Origin: Tubiluchus corallicola
Lineage: Eukaryota > Animalia > Priapulida
DNA length: 64,000 bases
Reading direction: 5' to 3'
NCBI GenBank assembly: GCA_030141605.1
Contig: JAQGDQ010000823.1
Coordinates: 27,419 to 91,418 of the forward strand
A program made the position numbers and the translations under genes. The notes under the pieces are model-generated. The model saw only the letters and a program-made list of their open reading frames with translations, searched no databases and was not told the DNA's origin. Shown in pieces: positions 37,501-47,283 of the stretch (position 1 is its first letter; each line of letters starts with the position of its first letter).

Positions 37501-40500
37501 AGTCCAATGGATTTAACATTGGTTTTTATAAAACACGAAAAATTAACATTTGACCAAATTATTGGTTCGTTCTAATTTGAAGCATCATGTCACAGTTTTA
37601 ACTATACCGACTTACGGACATTTTTGGTTTACAAACACACATTTAGCATAACAAATTGTGTACAACGAAATTTATGGACTTCCAAATTCATCTGCAGAGT
37701 CAAAACAGAAGCAAAGAAGCCAGTATCGATTCCAATGTCAGAGATATTCTCTCATCTGGTTTCTTTCTCATGTTAACAAAAAAACTTGAATATTTTAGCA
37801 AATTTTAAAGACAGCATGATGAAAATGGCACACAGACACGCTGTGCAACAGCCCTTCTTGATATTTTAACACAACTATCTAACCAGAAGATCAAAGTATC
37901 AGCATTTACAGAAATAATCAATCAATCGATCCAGAGGCATTCTCTTCAAATTGTTACAGAACTACATAAAGCCCACTAAAGGTTTTGCTAAATGAATGTA
38001 GGTGTAATTGCATTTTGAGTAATAGAAAAAAAGATACCATTATAGAGTTCTGTAGCTGTCTTTTCAATTAATAAACAATAAGCCTTTTCACAGTTTCGTT
38101 GTGCACACGTGCAGTTGCTGGAGGTCAAGGGTTAAAAGTACCACAGCACCACGTTTTAACTACAACAGTCATGTGACACATGTGTAAAGCAAAGCCCAGT
38201 TCAGTAACTTCAATTGTTTTATGTGGACTTTACTTAATTGTGCATTAGTCAGTGTGGAGAGTGATTTACTAGCAGGATCTTGTTTGGGAGCAAGAAAAAA
38301 TGAACTGGGTAAAGTTCTAGCTAGCTATTGAAACTGTTACTATTATAACAGCATCAGCTGCGAGGTATTGTCAAGTGTACACAAATGTGTTGTTTGGTAC
38401 ACTTAACCTTTGACCTCTTCACGATCATCATCAATCGCTGGAACTGTGAAAAGGCTTATTGCTGTTCAATAAACAATTTCCGTTTGGAATCAACTATATG
38501 CACGGAGATTTTTTTGAATAATTCTATTAATTCTGCACATATTGGCTTCTTGAATTGAGCAACTTGTACTTTTGTATGGGCTTTATGGCCTGATGTACAA
38601 TTTCTGTTATCAAATTTGTACTATGAGTTTTGTGTATTTTAATTAAATATCAATGAATGAAGAACTCATATTTTTGAATCACCCGCATTGGCTGACGTAC
38701 CACTAAATTAAATATTTGTGTAATTATACTTGAACTAATTGTACGCTCAACTATATATACTTTTAACTAAAATGTACTACATTTTTCATGAATTGCACAT
38801 AGTGGAAATACTGTAATCAGTTCTGGCGTGTTGTAAATCAACTTAAAATAAATAAAGTTTATCTATGTGTTTTTGCAAACCAAAACCGTCCATAAGTCAG
38901 CATAGTTAAATCTACATTATGATGCTTCAAAGTAGAAAGCACCAAAAATTTGGTCAAATTTCAATTTTTCGAGAAAATGTGCAAAAATACAAAAAGTGTA
39001 ATTTTATAATCCCCTACCCACTTTTCTGCCTAGAAACTAGTACTGCAATTGTAAAAAACTTGTATTTTCAAACTCTGATAGTAACTCGTAAAAACAGTCA
39101 TTTTACTTCAGGTTTCTTCTGTTTCCAAACCCAGATCTTCATCAGAAAGAGCCATCTACGGATTTAAACATAATTTTAATGTGCCCTTGCAAAGTCCGTA
39201 GCAACCAACATTTGTGCAAACAAAAAACAATAGCTAACTTTAAAAGTGATTTCCTCAAGATTATGTTTTCCAGTGCGTAGCATGTACCTCAACTTCAACA
39301 CAGATTATCTCAGCTTAGAAATAACACAGAGCGATGAACTTGGCATGAAAATGATCCTCATCAAATAGAGATTCAGGATATGAGAAAAACTTAATTGCCA
39401 ACTTATGGATGATTCTGCTATGCAAGCACACATATATAATCGCCCAACTTTATTTGTGTTTTTACAAAAACCTAGCTGCCGAAACTTACCTCAGAGAACA
39501 GCGGTTTTCCAGCGTGCACCACCCACAGTACGGATCGCCCGACCCCACGCTGCACTCGTCACAGTCCTGGTAGAGGTCACATTCTTGAACTTTGACCTTG
39601 CTGATACGAGTCGAGCTCATGACGTACAGGTACTGGTCATCTCGATCAAACTTCATATCTCGCAGGACTTGCTGTCCCGGATCGACAGGGACCTTCTCGT
39701 ACTCGCGCGCTTCAGTGCCGGATTTTACAAATATCTAAAAACCCAAAAAGTCTTTCGGTTTATAAATCCATAAACCTCTTACACGACTTTAAACTTTACA
39801 AAAATCTAAAAATCAAGATGGTAGCTTACATGCCTTTAAACTTTAAAAATATCTAAAAATTAAGAAGGTAGCTTACACGTCTTTAAACTTTTACATGTCT
39901 TTAAACCATGCCACCCAAACAAAGCTTTTTTTTACCTTTTTTAAGTAACCATCCGATGTCCCAGCAAAAACGACAGTGTATGGACCAGTTGTTGACATGG
40001 CAACGGAGGTTAGGTTCACCTTGTCAAACGTTATCACGGCAGTTGCTCGCAGCGGCACAGTTCCCTCGAAGTGAGAGTAGAAACGTTCACCGCAAAATGT
40101 GTCGTCGATGACTTTATTCTATAAATGCATGAAAAATATCGATAATTGGCCTATAAAAAATACACAAACAAAAACGCTCAATAAAATATTATATTTTTAT
40201 ATAATCACCTCTTCATCAAAATCTGTTTCAGGCGAATTAGTAGTAAGACGAAATGGATGCAAATCAGACCCGTATATTAAAGTGGTGAAGTCCTACACGC
40301 AAGACATTGTGGGTGTATGCATATGGGTGAATTTATTGAAATAGAAAGCGACTTAAGGTTAATTTCATTAAAAAAAAATAGAAGGAAATATAAGTTATGA
40401 TCGGTTTTGTATAATTAATTAAATAAGTTGCAGTCAGGTCATAAAGTCAAACAGTAGTATGTCCCTTAGCTCAGTGATGAGAATCGAGTATCGTTTCACC

Positions 40501-43500
40501 GATGAAAAATGGATTTTTTTCATCGATTTTCGAATCGATACAAAACAAAATCCATTTTTTTCATCTATTATTGGATTGACAAAATAAACCATTAACACTA
40601 CAGAAAATTGATACAATCGGAGCATTGATATAGAAATCGATGTATCATTTCAGCGATTTGAGTGCCCTGGCAATAACAAAAATATTGAGAACAATAGTTT
40701 ATATTATCATGTTATTAATTTCAAAACCTGGTAGCATTAATTACATAAAATGATGTTTCACAGTTTGCACTGTGTAGTACAGTGTGTACACTGAAAATGA
40801 AGAAATTGCAGGTGAAAACTGCAGTCGCGAGAAATAACGCAACAACCTCGTCTGTGATTGCGAGGTCATGCAGTGGTCACATGATTCGCAAATCCTTATC
40901 ATTTATCGAAATCGTAATGCAAATCATTACCGTTTATCGAAATCGTATCGCAAATCATTACCGTTTATCAAAATCATACCGCAAATCCTTATTGTTTATC
41001 TAAATCGTATTTGCAAGTTCTTATCATTTATCAAAATCGTATCACAAATTCTAAATATTTATCGAAATCGTATCGCAAATCATTACCGTTTATCGAAATC
41101 GTACCGCAAATCCTTATTGTTTATCGAAATCGTATCGCAAATTTGCCAAGTTTATCGAAATCCCATCGTAATTTTTGTATCGACTCCCATCACTACACTT
41201 AAGTCATAAATCAACAACTATCTGTGAGTACTGCATTTGCAAGACATAATTTTTCAATTAAAGAAGCTGTTGAAATAGGAAGAAAACCTAAGAAGAATCA
41301 ATTTGCACTTACTGAACTAGTCGGACAGTGGTTGTTGTTCGGCATATTGATATGCTCCAGCTTACGGCTGTGCACCGTTCCATTGTAACACATCTCAATG
41401 TTCTCCCGGAACATTCCCTGAACTTTCTTCATCGGGAACAGACAGAGGGCACTGCTTGACACCGTCCTCCTCCCGTGCACGGAGACATTCGTAAACACGG
41501 CGGCGATCATCCCTTTCTCCGCCTGGATGCCCATGCTCCGTGCCAACTCATCCCCGGGCGTCGCCAGAGTTGCAGCATGCACCAGACGGTAATTTTTCCC
41601 GTCTGAGTCCACGCACTGCAACTCCACTTCCGTGTAAGACGAGTACGACAGGTCATGATCGCAAACACGGGAAATCTTCGATAACAGAATCTGATCTACG
41701 TCCGTCACCGAGTGCGGCTGAACTTGAACGAAGTAGCTGAAACCTTCCGTGTAAAATCCGGTGACGTAGTCGACACTGAACCTATCCCGCACGCTCTTCT
41801 GCAGCACCACCGAAGATGTCTGACTGATGCCCTTCTCCACCAGGGCAAACATGTTGTGGCTCTGCAGACTTCGGCTGGCCACGGAAGGCACTTGGTCGCG
41901 GTACGGACCCTTGGTGATGGTCGCCGCAACGTAAAGCACTTTGTTTAATTTGGGATCGACGATCCCGGGCGCAACGAACGCGACAGTGGACGCGTCTGGC
42001 GTGTTTGCCACTACGGCCGTAGGGTCGCTGTCTATAGTCCGGTTGATATCACTCAAATGATGCCGCACGCACCGTCCCTGATACACACTACCGCACGCTA
42101 ACAACTCACCTGAAATTAGAACATGTAGAACATATAGAACATATATATAATTAATCACATAGTGCTGATTTTTACTTTTTTATCCAAGCACATTGTTAAA
42201 GAAATGCTTTTTGTTAAAACGAAAAACATTACTAGTATATTAATCACTGAAATGGATAAAAAACAAACGAGACACGTGACCAATAAAATAAATGTTACCT
42301 AGGTTTATTATTGCTGCTAAAAACGTACGGTAAAAAAAAAAGCTGACCGTTGTGCTACAACATTTTTTAATAAACGAAACAAAAATTCTTTTTAGTTCGA
42401 GAAATCTGCCCACTCGAAGTCAAACCAAATACCTAAAAGCACAAGAAAACCCACCACTTTCCTGTTGCCTTTCTGAATATTAGACTTGTGTCGGCAGTAA
42501 CGCTGTATAAAACATGTAAATTTAAACTCCCCGGATGACCATTACATGCAGCCATTTTGACGATTAGTCATTTGAAACAAGTTTAGATAACTTTGTGTAA
42601 AGTTTGAAAAAATAATCAGGGTTTTCAAAGCGCACACAAAATACTAACTAAATAAAATTTTAAATTACTGTATCTTGTCAATAAGATCAAAAATATGTTT
42701 TTAGTTAGTGAGTGGTGTACCCTGCAGGGTAAGTCAGCAAAATTTTACCAATTGGTGAAAGCATTTTAAATAATTAATCAATTTCTTTTCTAATTACATA
42801 AGCCTTTCAAGCAGGTAGGCGAAATGCTAAGTAACATAACTCTGCTCTAAAGTTTGTTTAGGACATAATTTAACATTTCCTTTTCTTCCCCTGATTTACA
42901 TTGTGCGCATATGACGTCCGGTAATGGCGCAGGTCGAAACAGTGTAGTGGAAAATTTAAAATGAATACAAACAAAAAATCCTCACAACGCCAGTCGACAT
43001 ATGCATAAAATTAATATAAAGTAATATAAGTTTTCAAGCCAATTTTTCTTAAACCTACTTCAGGTACCCCTTTTCTTGTTCTATAAGAACAGTAAAACAT
43101 TACAAAGAAAATGACACAAAAGAGCCCTAACCCATTAAAGTAATCTCTTAATCTATTACAGCACATTACATAATTGCACAGTTTTTCAAAACGATTATAG
43201 AGCTTATTTTGCAAACAGACCAGCAAAAGCACAGTACCGTGTGTTCAAAAAAGAAATACCTAGCACTGCAATTAAGTGATCTTTCACCGAAGCCTGCTAT
43301 GAAGACAGGCAAGAAAGTCAGCTTCCCTTCTGGGTGTGTAGTGAAGTAGACTTACCAGCAGCATAATTTATCACGACGACTTTGTTGTAGTTATCTGTTG
43401 GCACTCGACTAACGCTGCAAGACCCGGATGCTAGACAGTACTCACTGTCGTTAAGTGGTCCCGTTATCACCGTGGATATCACAGACAAATCTTCGTCTAA

Positions 43501-44803
43501 TTGATACAACTTGTTAACGCCACCTGTAGGCAAAAATTAGAATAAAAATATCAACTATCTATGAAGCATAAGTGGTCCCGTTATCACCATTGATATCACA
43601 GAAAAATTTTCTACCAACTGTCACGGTCATGCATCGTAGCTAACTGGCCAATATACATTAGTCGTTCACACTCATGGAGAACATGTGACCCAAGCTTTAG
43701 TTTTGAGACACTGACGTTAAATTATCCTAGGCCAGTCATAATATATTAGTTTTATTCCCACAAATAGTCAAACTTGTTAATGCCACCTATAGGCAAAAAT
43801 TAGAAAAAACATACACTATCTACGAAGCATAGCATAGATCATAGTTTTCTCACGGTTTTGACATGTAGTATCAACCATTTAGGCTAGGAACTTAAAATAA
43901 TGTAATACAATTTTGTGGCTGTTCAGACACCAAGGTGAAGGTCCGAACTTCAATTCCCCTGCAGAAATTTGCAAGAATGTTTCTTCACCCCAAAAACTGT
44001 GCAAAACTTTGAGGCAATGAGAATAAAATCAGATATCATGCAATCATAAAAATTTTATTAGCCTGCACAAAGTACGCAACACTTTAGCACACATTCAGAC
44101 CCAACCTACCAGGGCTGTGGAGTCAGAGAAGAAGTTGGAGTCGGAGTTGTTAAAACTTAAGGTTTTGGAGTTGGAATTGGGACTTGGGAGTACACTTATT
44201 CTTGGAGGAGTTGGTGTTGCAGTTGGAAAAAAAAGATAAACTCAAACTCCAGTTACTTTTAACTTTTAATACATATTGCTTTCATATTGGTGTCTAGGCA
44301 GCTAGACTGTTTTTCGCATGATGGATCTAAAATTTTAGAAGTCGGAGTCAGAGTCGGATCTAATATTTTAGAAGCTGGAGTCAAAGTCGAAGTTGGACCT
44401 AAAATTTTAGAAGCTGAAGTCAAAAATGGAGTTCGATCAAAAATTTTAGGAGCCAGCGTCTCAATCGGAGTTGGATCTAATATTTTAGGAGCTGGAGTCG
44501 GAGTTGGATCTTGTAAAATCCCAGGAGACGGAGTCAGAGCGATAGTCAGGAGTTTAATGTACCGACTCCACAGCCCTGCAAACTACATGCTACGTAGCAA
44601 GCTGACATACCCATATACACATTTCCAGTCGTGGCATCAACTGTCTGGTGCAGCAAGGGTGTGGCATCGTCAAACACTTGGTAGATGTGAGCCCCACGTA
44701 CACCGACCACGTTGGCCACCAGGACCTGCATGGCCAATGTGAGCATGAGTGGACTTCGCATGGTCCAGTTTAGTGCGGCATGCAAACCGCACCTCGGCAC
44801 CAT
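7437..44803 (-). CDS. plexB: Plexin-B-type semaphorin receptor; 29 coding exons, 5724 nt, ~1907 aa (1893 aa if ATG 44761 is used)
   Basis: All exons join in frame with GT-AG introns. Sema start [12 protein letters not shown]; PSI motifs DPYCGWC, CSWC, CAWC; IPT motifs GPVEGGT, GPRSGGT; TM followed by [40 protein letters not shown], as in invertebrate PlexB; GAP arginines in LRRTES and SLPLRFW. Confidence 0.93.
7609..7880. mobile_element. MITE family G fragment
   Basis: Reverse-complement copies at ~46715-46947 and ~53990-54096. Confidence 0.6.
8411..8990. mobile_element. MITE family C (TTAA-AGG ends, Kolobok-like)
   Basis: Copies at ~26162-26592 and 60335-60545 (same orientation), ~30335-30660 and 47747-48317 (inverted). 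Confidence 0.65.
9135..9350 (-). CDS. plexB: Plexin exon 28 ([14 protein letters not shown]...YHEA)
   Basis: Conserved plexin C-terminal motif; tttcag/gtaagt; phase 0-0. Confidence 0.93.
9422..9626 (+). repeat. Inverted copy of the plexin exon 12 3' end plus the start of intron 12
   Basis: Matches the reverse complement of 30917-31113, including the AA|GTGAGT donor. Confidence 0.9.
10100..11250. repeat. 37-bp minisatellite with a 296-bp higher-order repeat
   Basis: Unit TGTAACGGTGAAATTGGTTCATTAATTAACTAACTGC; a diagnostic variant recurs at 10587 and 10883. Confidence 0.9.
11512..11659 (-). CDS. plexB: Plexin exon 27 ([19 protein letters not shown]...RLGK)
   Basis: GAP arginine motif; phase 2-0. 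Confidence 0.95.
12308..12468 (-). CDS. plexB: Plexin exon 26 ([11 protein letters not shown]...AWKSN)
   Basis: Translated by hand; ttttag/gtgaga; phase 0-2. Confidence 0.93.
12497..13220. repeat. Degenerate ~13-15-bp repeat (TTTTTCCTGTGAC)n
   Basis: Directly visible. Confidence 0.9.
13459..13560 (-). CDS. plexB: Plexin exon 25 (VRPVDD...[12 protein letters not shown])
   Basis: Conserved [11 protein letters not shown]; ttgcag/gtaagt. Confidence 0.93.
13600..13815. repeat. (CAT)n/(CACCAT)n microsatellite
   Basis: Directly visible. Confidence 0.95.
14560..14654 (-). CDS. plexB: Plexin exon 24 (TLNHLHSIG...ARIYHL)
   Basis: Phase 1-0 fit; ends in the conserved YHL(V); tttgtttag/gtgaga. Confidence 0.88.
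15119..15313 (-). CDS. plexB: Plexin exon 23, second half of the RBD ([16 protein letters not shown]...NTLKHYNV)
   Basis: RBD motif; phase 1-1. Confidence 0.93.
15407..15786. mobile_element. MITE family D (AATAAGCCTTTTCACAGT TIR)
   Basis: Copies at 38077-38460 and 52634-52998 with matching inverted termini. Confidence 0.7.
16549..17455. mobile_element. Tc1/pogo-type MITE (CAGGTAG..GT.GACTTACGAC TIRs) carrying a nested element
   Basis: Inverted termini at 16549 and 17434-17455; uninterrupted relative near 40200-40460. Confidence 0.55.
16671..17280. mobile_element. piggyBac-like MITE family E (CCCTTTCACTA...TAGTGAAAGGG)
   Basis: TIRs with TTAA-like flanks; second copy at 23719-24237. Confidence 0.7.
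17616..17684 (-). CDS. Candidate cassette exon C in the RBD intron (69 nt)
   Basis: Phase 1-1, open frame, GTGAGT donor, weak acceptor. Confidence 0.35.
17855..17986 (-). CDS. Candidate cassette exon B in the RBD intron (132 nt)
   Basis: Phase 1-1, open frame, GC-rich, tttgttag/gttagt. Confidence 0.4.
18169..18264 (-). CDS. Candidate cassette exon A in the RBD intron (96 nt)
   Basis: Long pyrimidine tract ending ttctag; phase 1-1; open frame; G|gtaggg donor. Confidence 0.55.
19616..19769 (-). CDS. plexB: Plexin exon 22, first half of the RBD ([30 protein letters not shown]...IDL)
   Basis: Missing from the ORF track; translated by hand; phase 0-1. Confidence 0.93.
19900..21070. repeat. 33-bp minisatellite, ~35 copies
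   Basis: Unit AAATTAGTAAGGGTGATGGACAAATACTACTA(G/A). Confidence 0.95.
21253..21312. mobile_element. 60-bp mini-MITE with perfect TACAGTAAGTCCTC inverted ends
   Basis: Related termini on a longer element at ~33596-34265. Confidence 0.65.
22235..22381 (-). CDS. plexB: Plexin exon 21 ([24 protein letters not shown]...YSLSEDRLL)
   Basis: Conserved GAP C1 segment; phase 0-0. Confidence 0.95.
22566..23213. mobile_element. MITE family B (ATATGTGTGCTTG...CAAGCACACATAT)
   Basis: Copies at ~28472-29113 and 36983-37642, inverted at 38864-39437, partial at 31307-31513 and 33012-33105. Confidence 0.75.
23419..23560 (-). CDS. plexB: Plexin exon 20 ([21 protein letters not shown])
   Basis: GAP arginine pair; phase 2-0. 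Confidence 0.95.
24644..24703 (-). CDS. plexB: Plexin exon 19 ([20 protein letters not shown])
   Basis: Translated by hand; phase 2-2. Confidence 0.92.
24849..24979 (-). CDS. plexB: Plexin exon 18 ([28 protein letters not shown]); may start at 24976
   Basis: Translated by hand; AAG/CAG tandem acceptor; phase 0-2. Confidence 0.9.
25828..25970 (-). CDS. plexB: Plexin exon 17 ([12 protein letters not shown]...GIPFLD)
   Basis: Juxtamembrane motif; phase 1-0. Confidence 0.95.
26892..27132 (-). CDS. plexB: Plexin exon 16, transmembrane and juxtamembrane
   Basis: Hydrophobic [23 protein letters not shown] followed by RRK; phase 0-1. Confidence 0.95.
28121..28297 (-). CDS. plexB: Plexin exon 15 (last IPT, GDNLNLA...LPMVR)
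   Basis: Phase 0-0; gtaagc donor. Confidence 0.9.
29442..29702 (-). CDS. plexB: Plexin exon 14 (IPT; contains RIRR)
   Basis: [15 protein letters not shown]...LGFIMDDV; phase 0-0. Confidence 0.92.
29909..30191 (-). CDS. plexB: Plexin exon 13 (IPT)
   Basis: [23 protein letters not shown]; phase 2-0. Confidence 0.92.
31071..31207 (-). CDS. plexB: Plexin exon 12 (IPT; [24 protein letters not shown])
   Basis: Translated by hand; phase 0-2. Confidence 0.92.
32224..32487 (-). CDS. plexB: Plexin exon 11 (IPT; [12 protein letters not shown])
   Basis: Phase 0-0. Confidence 0.92.
33298..33540 (-). CDS. plexB: Plexin exon 10 (third PSI)
   Basis: LYKC...CSICL...CAWC; phase 0-0. Confidence 0.92.
34840..35088 (-). 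CDS. plexB: Plexin exon 9
   Basis: QCPRF...LASNLP...YECVL; phase 0-0. Confidence 0.9.
35535..35734 (-). CDS. plexB: Plexin exon 8 (second PSI)
   Basis: [23 protein letters not shown]; phase 1-0. Confidence 0.92.
36358..36523 (-). CDS. plexB: Plexin exon 7
   Basis: YTCVFG...LLCDTP; phase 0-1. Confidence 0.9.
36839..36953 (-). CDS. plexB: Plexin exon 6
   Basis: TSCSNA...RW...EC; phase 2-0. Confidence 0.88.
39490..39734 (-). CDS. plexB: Plexin exon 5 (end of Sema, first [16 protein letters not shown])
   Basis: Translated by hand; phase 0-2. Confidence 0.93.
39936..40118 (-). CDS. plexB: Plexin exon 4 (Sema; [14 protein letters not shown])
   Basis: Translated by hand; phase 0-0. Confidence 0.92.
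40472..41195. mobile_element. hAT-like MITE with an internal 31-bp tandem array
   Basis: Termini CAGTGATGAGAATCGA and TCGACTCCCATCACTA; array at ~40880-41170. Confidence 0.6.
41313..42109 (-). CDS. plexB: Plexin exon 3 (Sema domain core)
   Basis: [12 protein letters not shown]...SKISRVC...YTEVELQC; phase 1-0. Confidence 0.95.
42390..43082. mobile_element. Dispersed repeat family F
   Basis: Related copies at ~49720-50130, 50245-50560, 60560-60980 and inverted at 55980-56665. Confidence 0.6.
43356..43523 (-). CDS. plexB: Plexin exon 2 (GGVNKLYQL...TGP...DNYNKVVVI)
   Basis: Sema N-terminal motifs; phase 1-1. Confidence 0.92.
44110..44578. mobile_element. hAT-type MITE
   Basis: Perfect 15-bp TIR CAGGGCTGTGGAGTC; 8-bp TSD CAACCTAC/CAAACTAC; internal GGAGTC repeats. 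Confidence 0.85.
44611..44803 (-). CDS. plexB: Plexin first coding exon with signal peptide (exon begins at 44814 after an acceptor)
   Basis: [20 protein letters not shown]...TGNVYM; ttttgcag acceptor implies upstream non-coding exon(s); gtatgt donor. Confidence 0.85.
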
Positions 44804-45249
44804 ACCATTCAATTCTGCAAAACATATAAGCAATTTAAAAAATGGTACGTATTTAAAAAAGGCAAAAAGACAAACCAATATAAATAACAAACTCTATATG
44901 GTCAAGTACAACCAATTTTAAAAATATATTTGATATTTTGTTCAAAATAGGATTTTATTGCTGAGCGGTTACTGTTCATTTTCAAGGCATCTGAAAACAA
45001 ATAAATTTACTAGAATATGTAAACAACACAGAACTACAATTCAGTAGATAAGACCCAAATACTGTATGACACATAAAACTGTTTAACTTACAGACTAAAT
45101 ATTTCCACAAACTATGAAACAAAATATTAAGTCAGTGAAATGTCTGTTTATGGAGAGATAAAATAGTTTCATAATAATGAAGATATTTAGTCTGAAAGTT
45201 AAATAGGTAAATTATCTGTATATATCACCGAATGTAAGCCACCCATACC

Positions 45250-45312
45250 GGTGGAGTAGCTCAATGGTAGCATGCTAGCTTAAAACTCGCGTGGTCATGG
45301 GTTCAATTCTCG
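45250..45312 (+). mobile_element. tRNA-derived SINE head
   Basis: A box TAGCTCAATGG and B box GGTTCAATTC at tRNA-like spacing; no intact cloverleaf. Confidence 0.5.
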
Positions 45313-45319
45313 ACCAACA

Positions 45320-45665
45320 ACTTCCAAGTTGCCTCTACAATTCTTGGCTATTACCTACAGTACTTCTAAGTTGCCTCTACAATTCTTGGCTATTACCTAC
45401 AGTACTTCTAAATTGTCTCTACAATTCTTGGCTATTACCTACAGTACTTCTAAATTGTCTCTACAATCCTTGGCTATTACCTACAGTACTTCTAAGTTAT
45501 CTCTACAATTCTTACCTACAGTACTTCTATATTGTCTCTACAATTCTTGGCTATTACCTACAGTACTTCTAAGTTGTCTCTACAATTCTTGGCTATTACC
45601 TACAGTACTTCTAAGTTATCTCTACAATTCTTGGCTATTACCTACAGTACTTCTAAGCTGTCTCC
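45320..45665. repeat. 42-bp minisatellite, ~8 copies
   Basis: Unit AAGTTG(C/T)CTCTACAATTCTTGGCTATTACCTACAGTACTTCT. Confidence 0.9.
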
Positions 45666-47099
45666 ACACTTTGGTAAAAATTTCTTTATTTTAACGTGCC
45701 TTGAAAACGAACAGCGATTATTCAAAACCGTTTGGCAACAAAATTCAATTTTGAAGAGATTATGCTTATTTGCCAAATGTTGATAATTCTATATTTATAT
45801 TTATTGTAGCCAGTATATAATAACAAACAAAGCTGCGAAACAATCAAATGGACACGGACCCCCCAGTGCAAGATGGAACACCACGGAAAAACTAAAGTGA
45901 TACCAGTGTTTGACTGCTTATTTCCTACATAAAAGAAATTTATATAAAAGGAATATGCTAGCCAGTTCTAACAAAGAGCGGCGCTCGCATCAATTATGCA
46001 AACAAAAAGACATGAAATTTCTTAATCAATTAGATTTTACAATAAAAGGCATAAAGGGTTCCAATTTATAACAACGGCCGACCAGTTGACTCAAACAATG
46101 GGTTTGTTCAACTATTGGCTGAACCAAATCAAATGAAGTTCATAAATTTCAAATTTAATTAACAAAATAGGGTATTAGAAACGAATAAAGCAATAAATTC
46201 CAGAATAAGTGACAGTTATACAAAGAAGTAACACGTATGACCATCACAAAAGCAAGGCAAATTAAAGCTACGCCACCTGTTGAAGAAGTACAGTATTTTT
46301 ACAAAAAGAAGTTTTCTTAAACCTTTTTACCAACAACCAACAACTACCTTATCGCAGCCTTTTCAAAATGTTATAAAAATTATAACAAGTATAAAAGAAA
46401 AATTATTGAAAAAAATTCACGAAAATGGGAAGCGAACCAACATCACTGGCTTCTACCTGTTTTATAAAAAATAACATTCCTTAGTCTTGTACTTAAGACT
46501 AGAAAGTTGTAAAATAAATTTGTAAACGAAGTATATACTACAGTGCACAGTGCAAGACTAAAAACTTAGAAAGTTTATTTAGAACCCTTTTGAATGGGGA
46601 ATAAAATAACTTTCTAAAACTATGACGTCATGGTAACATCATAATTAATTAAGGTTCAATTCGTACGACGTAGAGCCCATTTTCGTGACATCACGCGGCG
46701 ATTAAGCAGTACTGTAACATCTATGCAAATGTGCTTGACGCGTAATGGAAGACACCTGCCATTGCACAAACTGTGGTTAGTTTCTGACGTAAGCAATAGC
46801 TGTGTTCGGATGCCGTTAAAATTAACTTTCTAAGCTAAATATTCAAATATATGAAACAATTGTTAACTTTTATAGGCAAGAGAATGTATATTTTGGACAG
46901 TAAGTTAAAATGAGTTTGAGTCTAAACAATCGTCCGGTCTTCCTTTAAGCACAGTCTAAAAACACTTTACGTGGAAAATGTGCGAATTTAAATTGTCAAC
47001 AGTATATAAGCAGTCATTAGACTTATATGACAACTTGCACACTAATGCACAATTTACCTCAGGCCATATTACATGACTTTACTGATAGCTAGTTTGGTA

Positions 47100-47283
47100 A
47101 ATAGGTAAAATACGTAAAGTTTAAGTTTAAAGTTATATTGTATTTTTCTGCTCCTGTAGTTTAGTTTTTGCACGGATGCATTTGCCTGCAACAGTGTTTG
47201 TTTTGTAACTATCACTGATTGGATTCTCGTTATGATTCTCAATATATTATGGCAAATAAAGATGTTACTTACTTACTTACTTA
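47100..47283 (+). mobile_element. LINE-like 3' end with a (TACT)n tail
   Basis: Second copy at ~49530-49705; AATAAA followed by a microsatellite tail. Confidence 0.5.

Noticed and set aside
45250-45312. tRNA gene
   Set aside because: Promoter boxes are present but the acceptor and anticodon stems do not pair convincingly; treated as a SINE head
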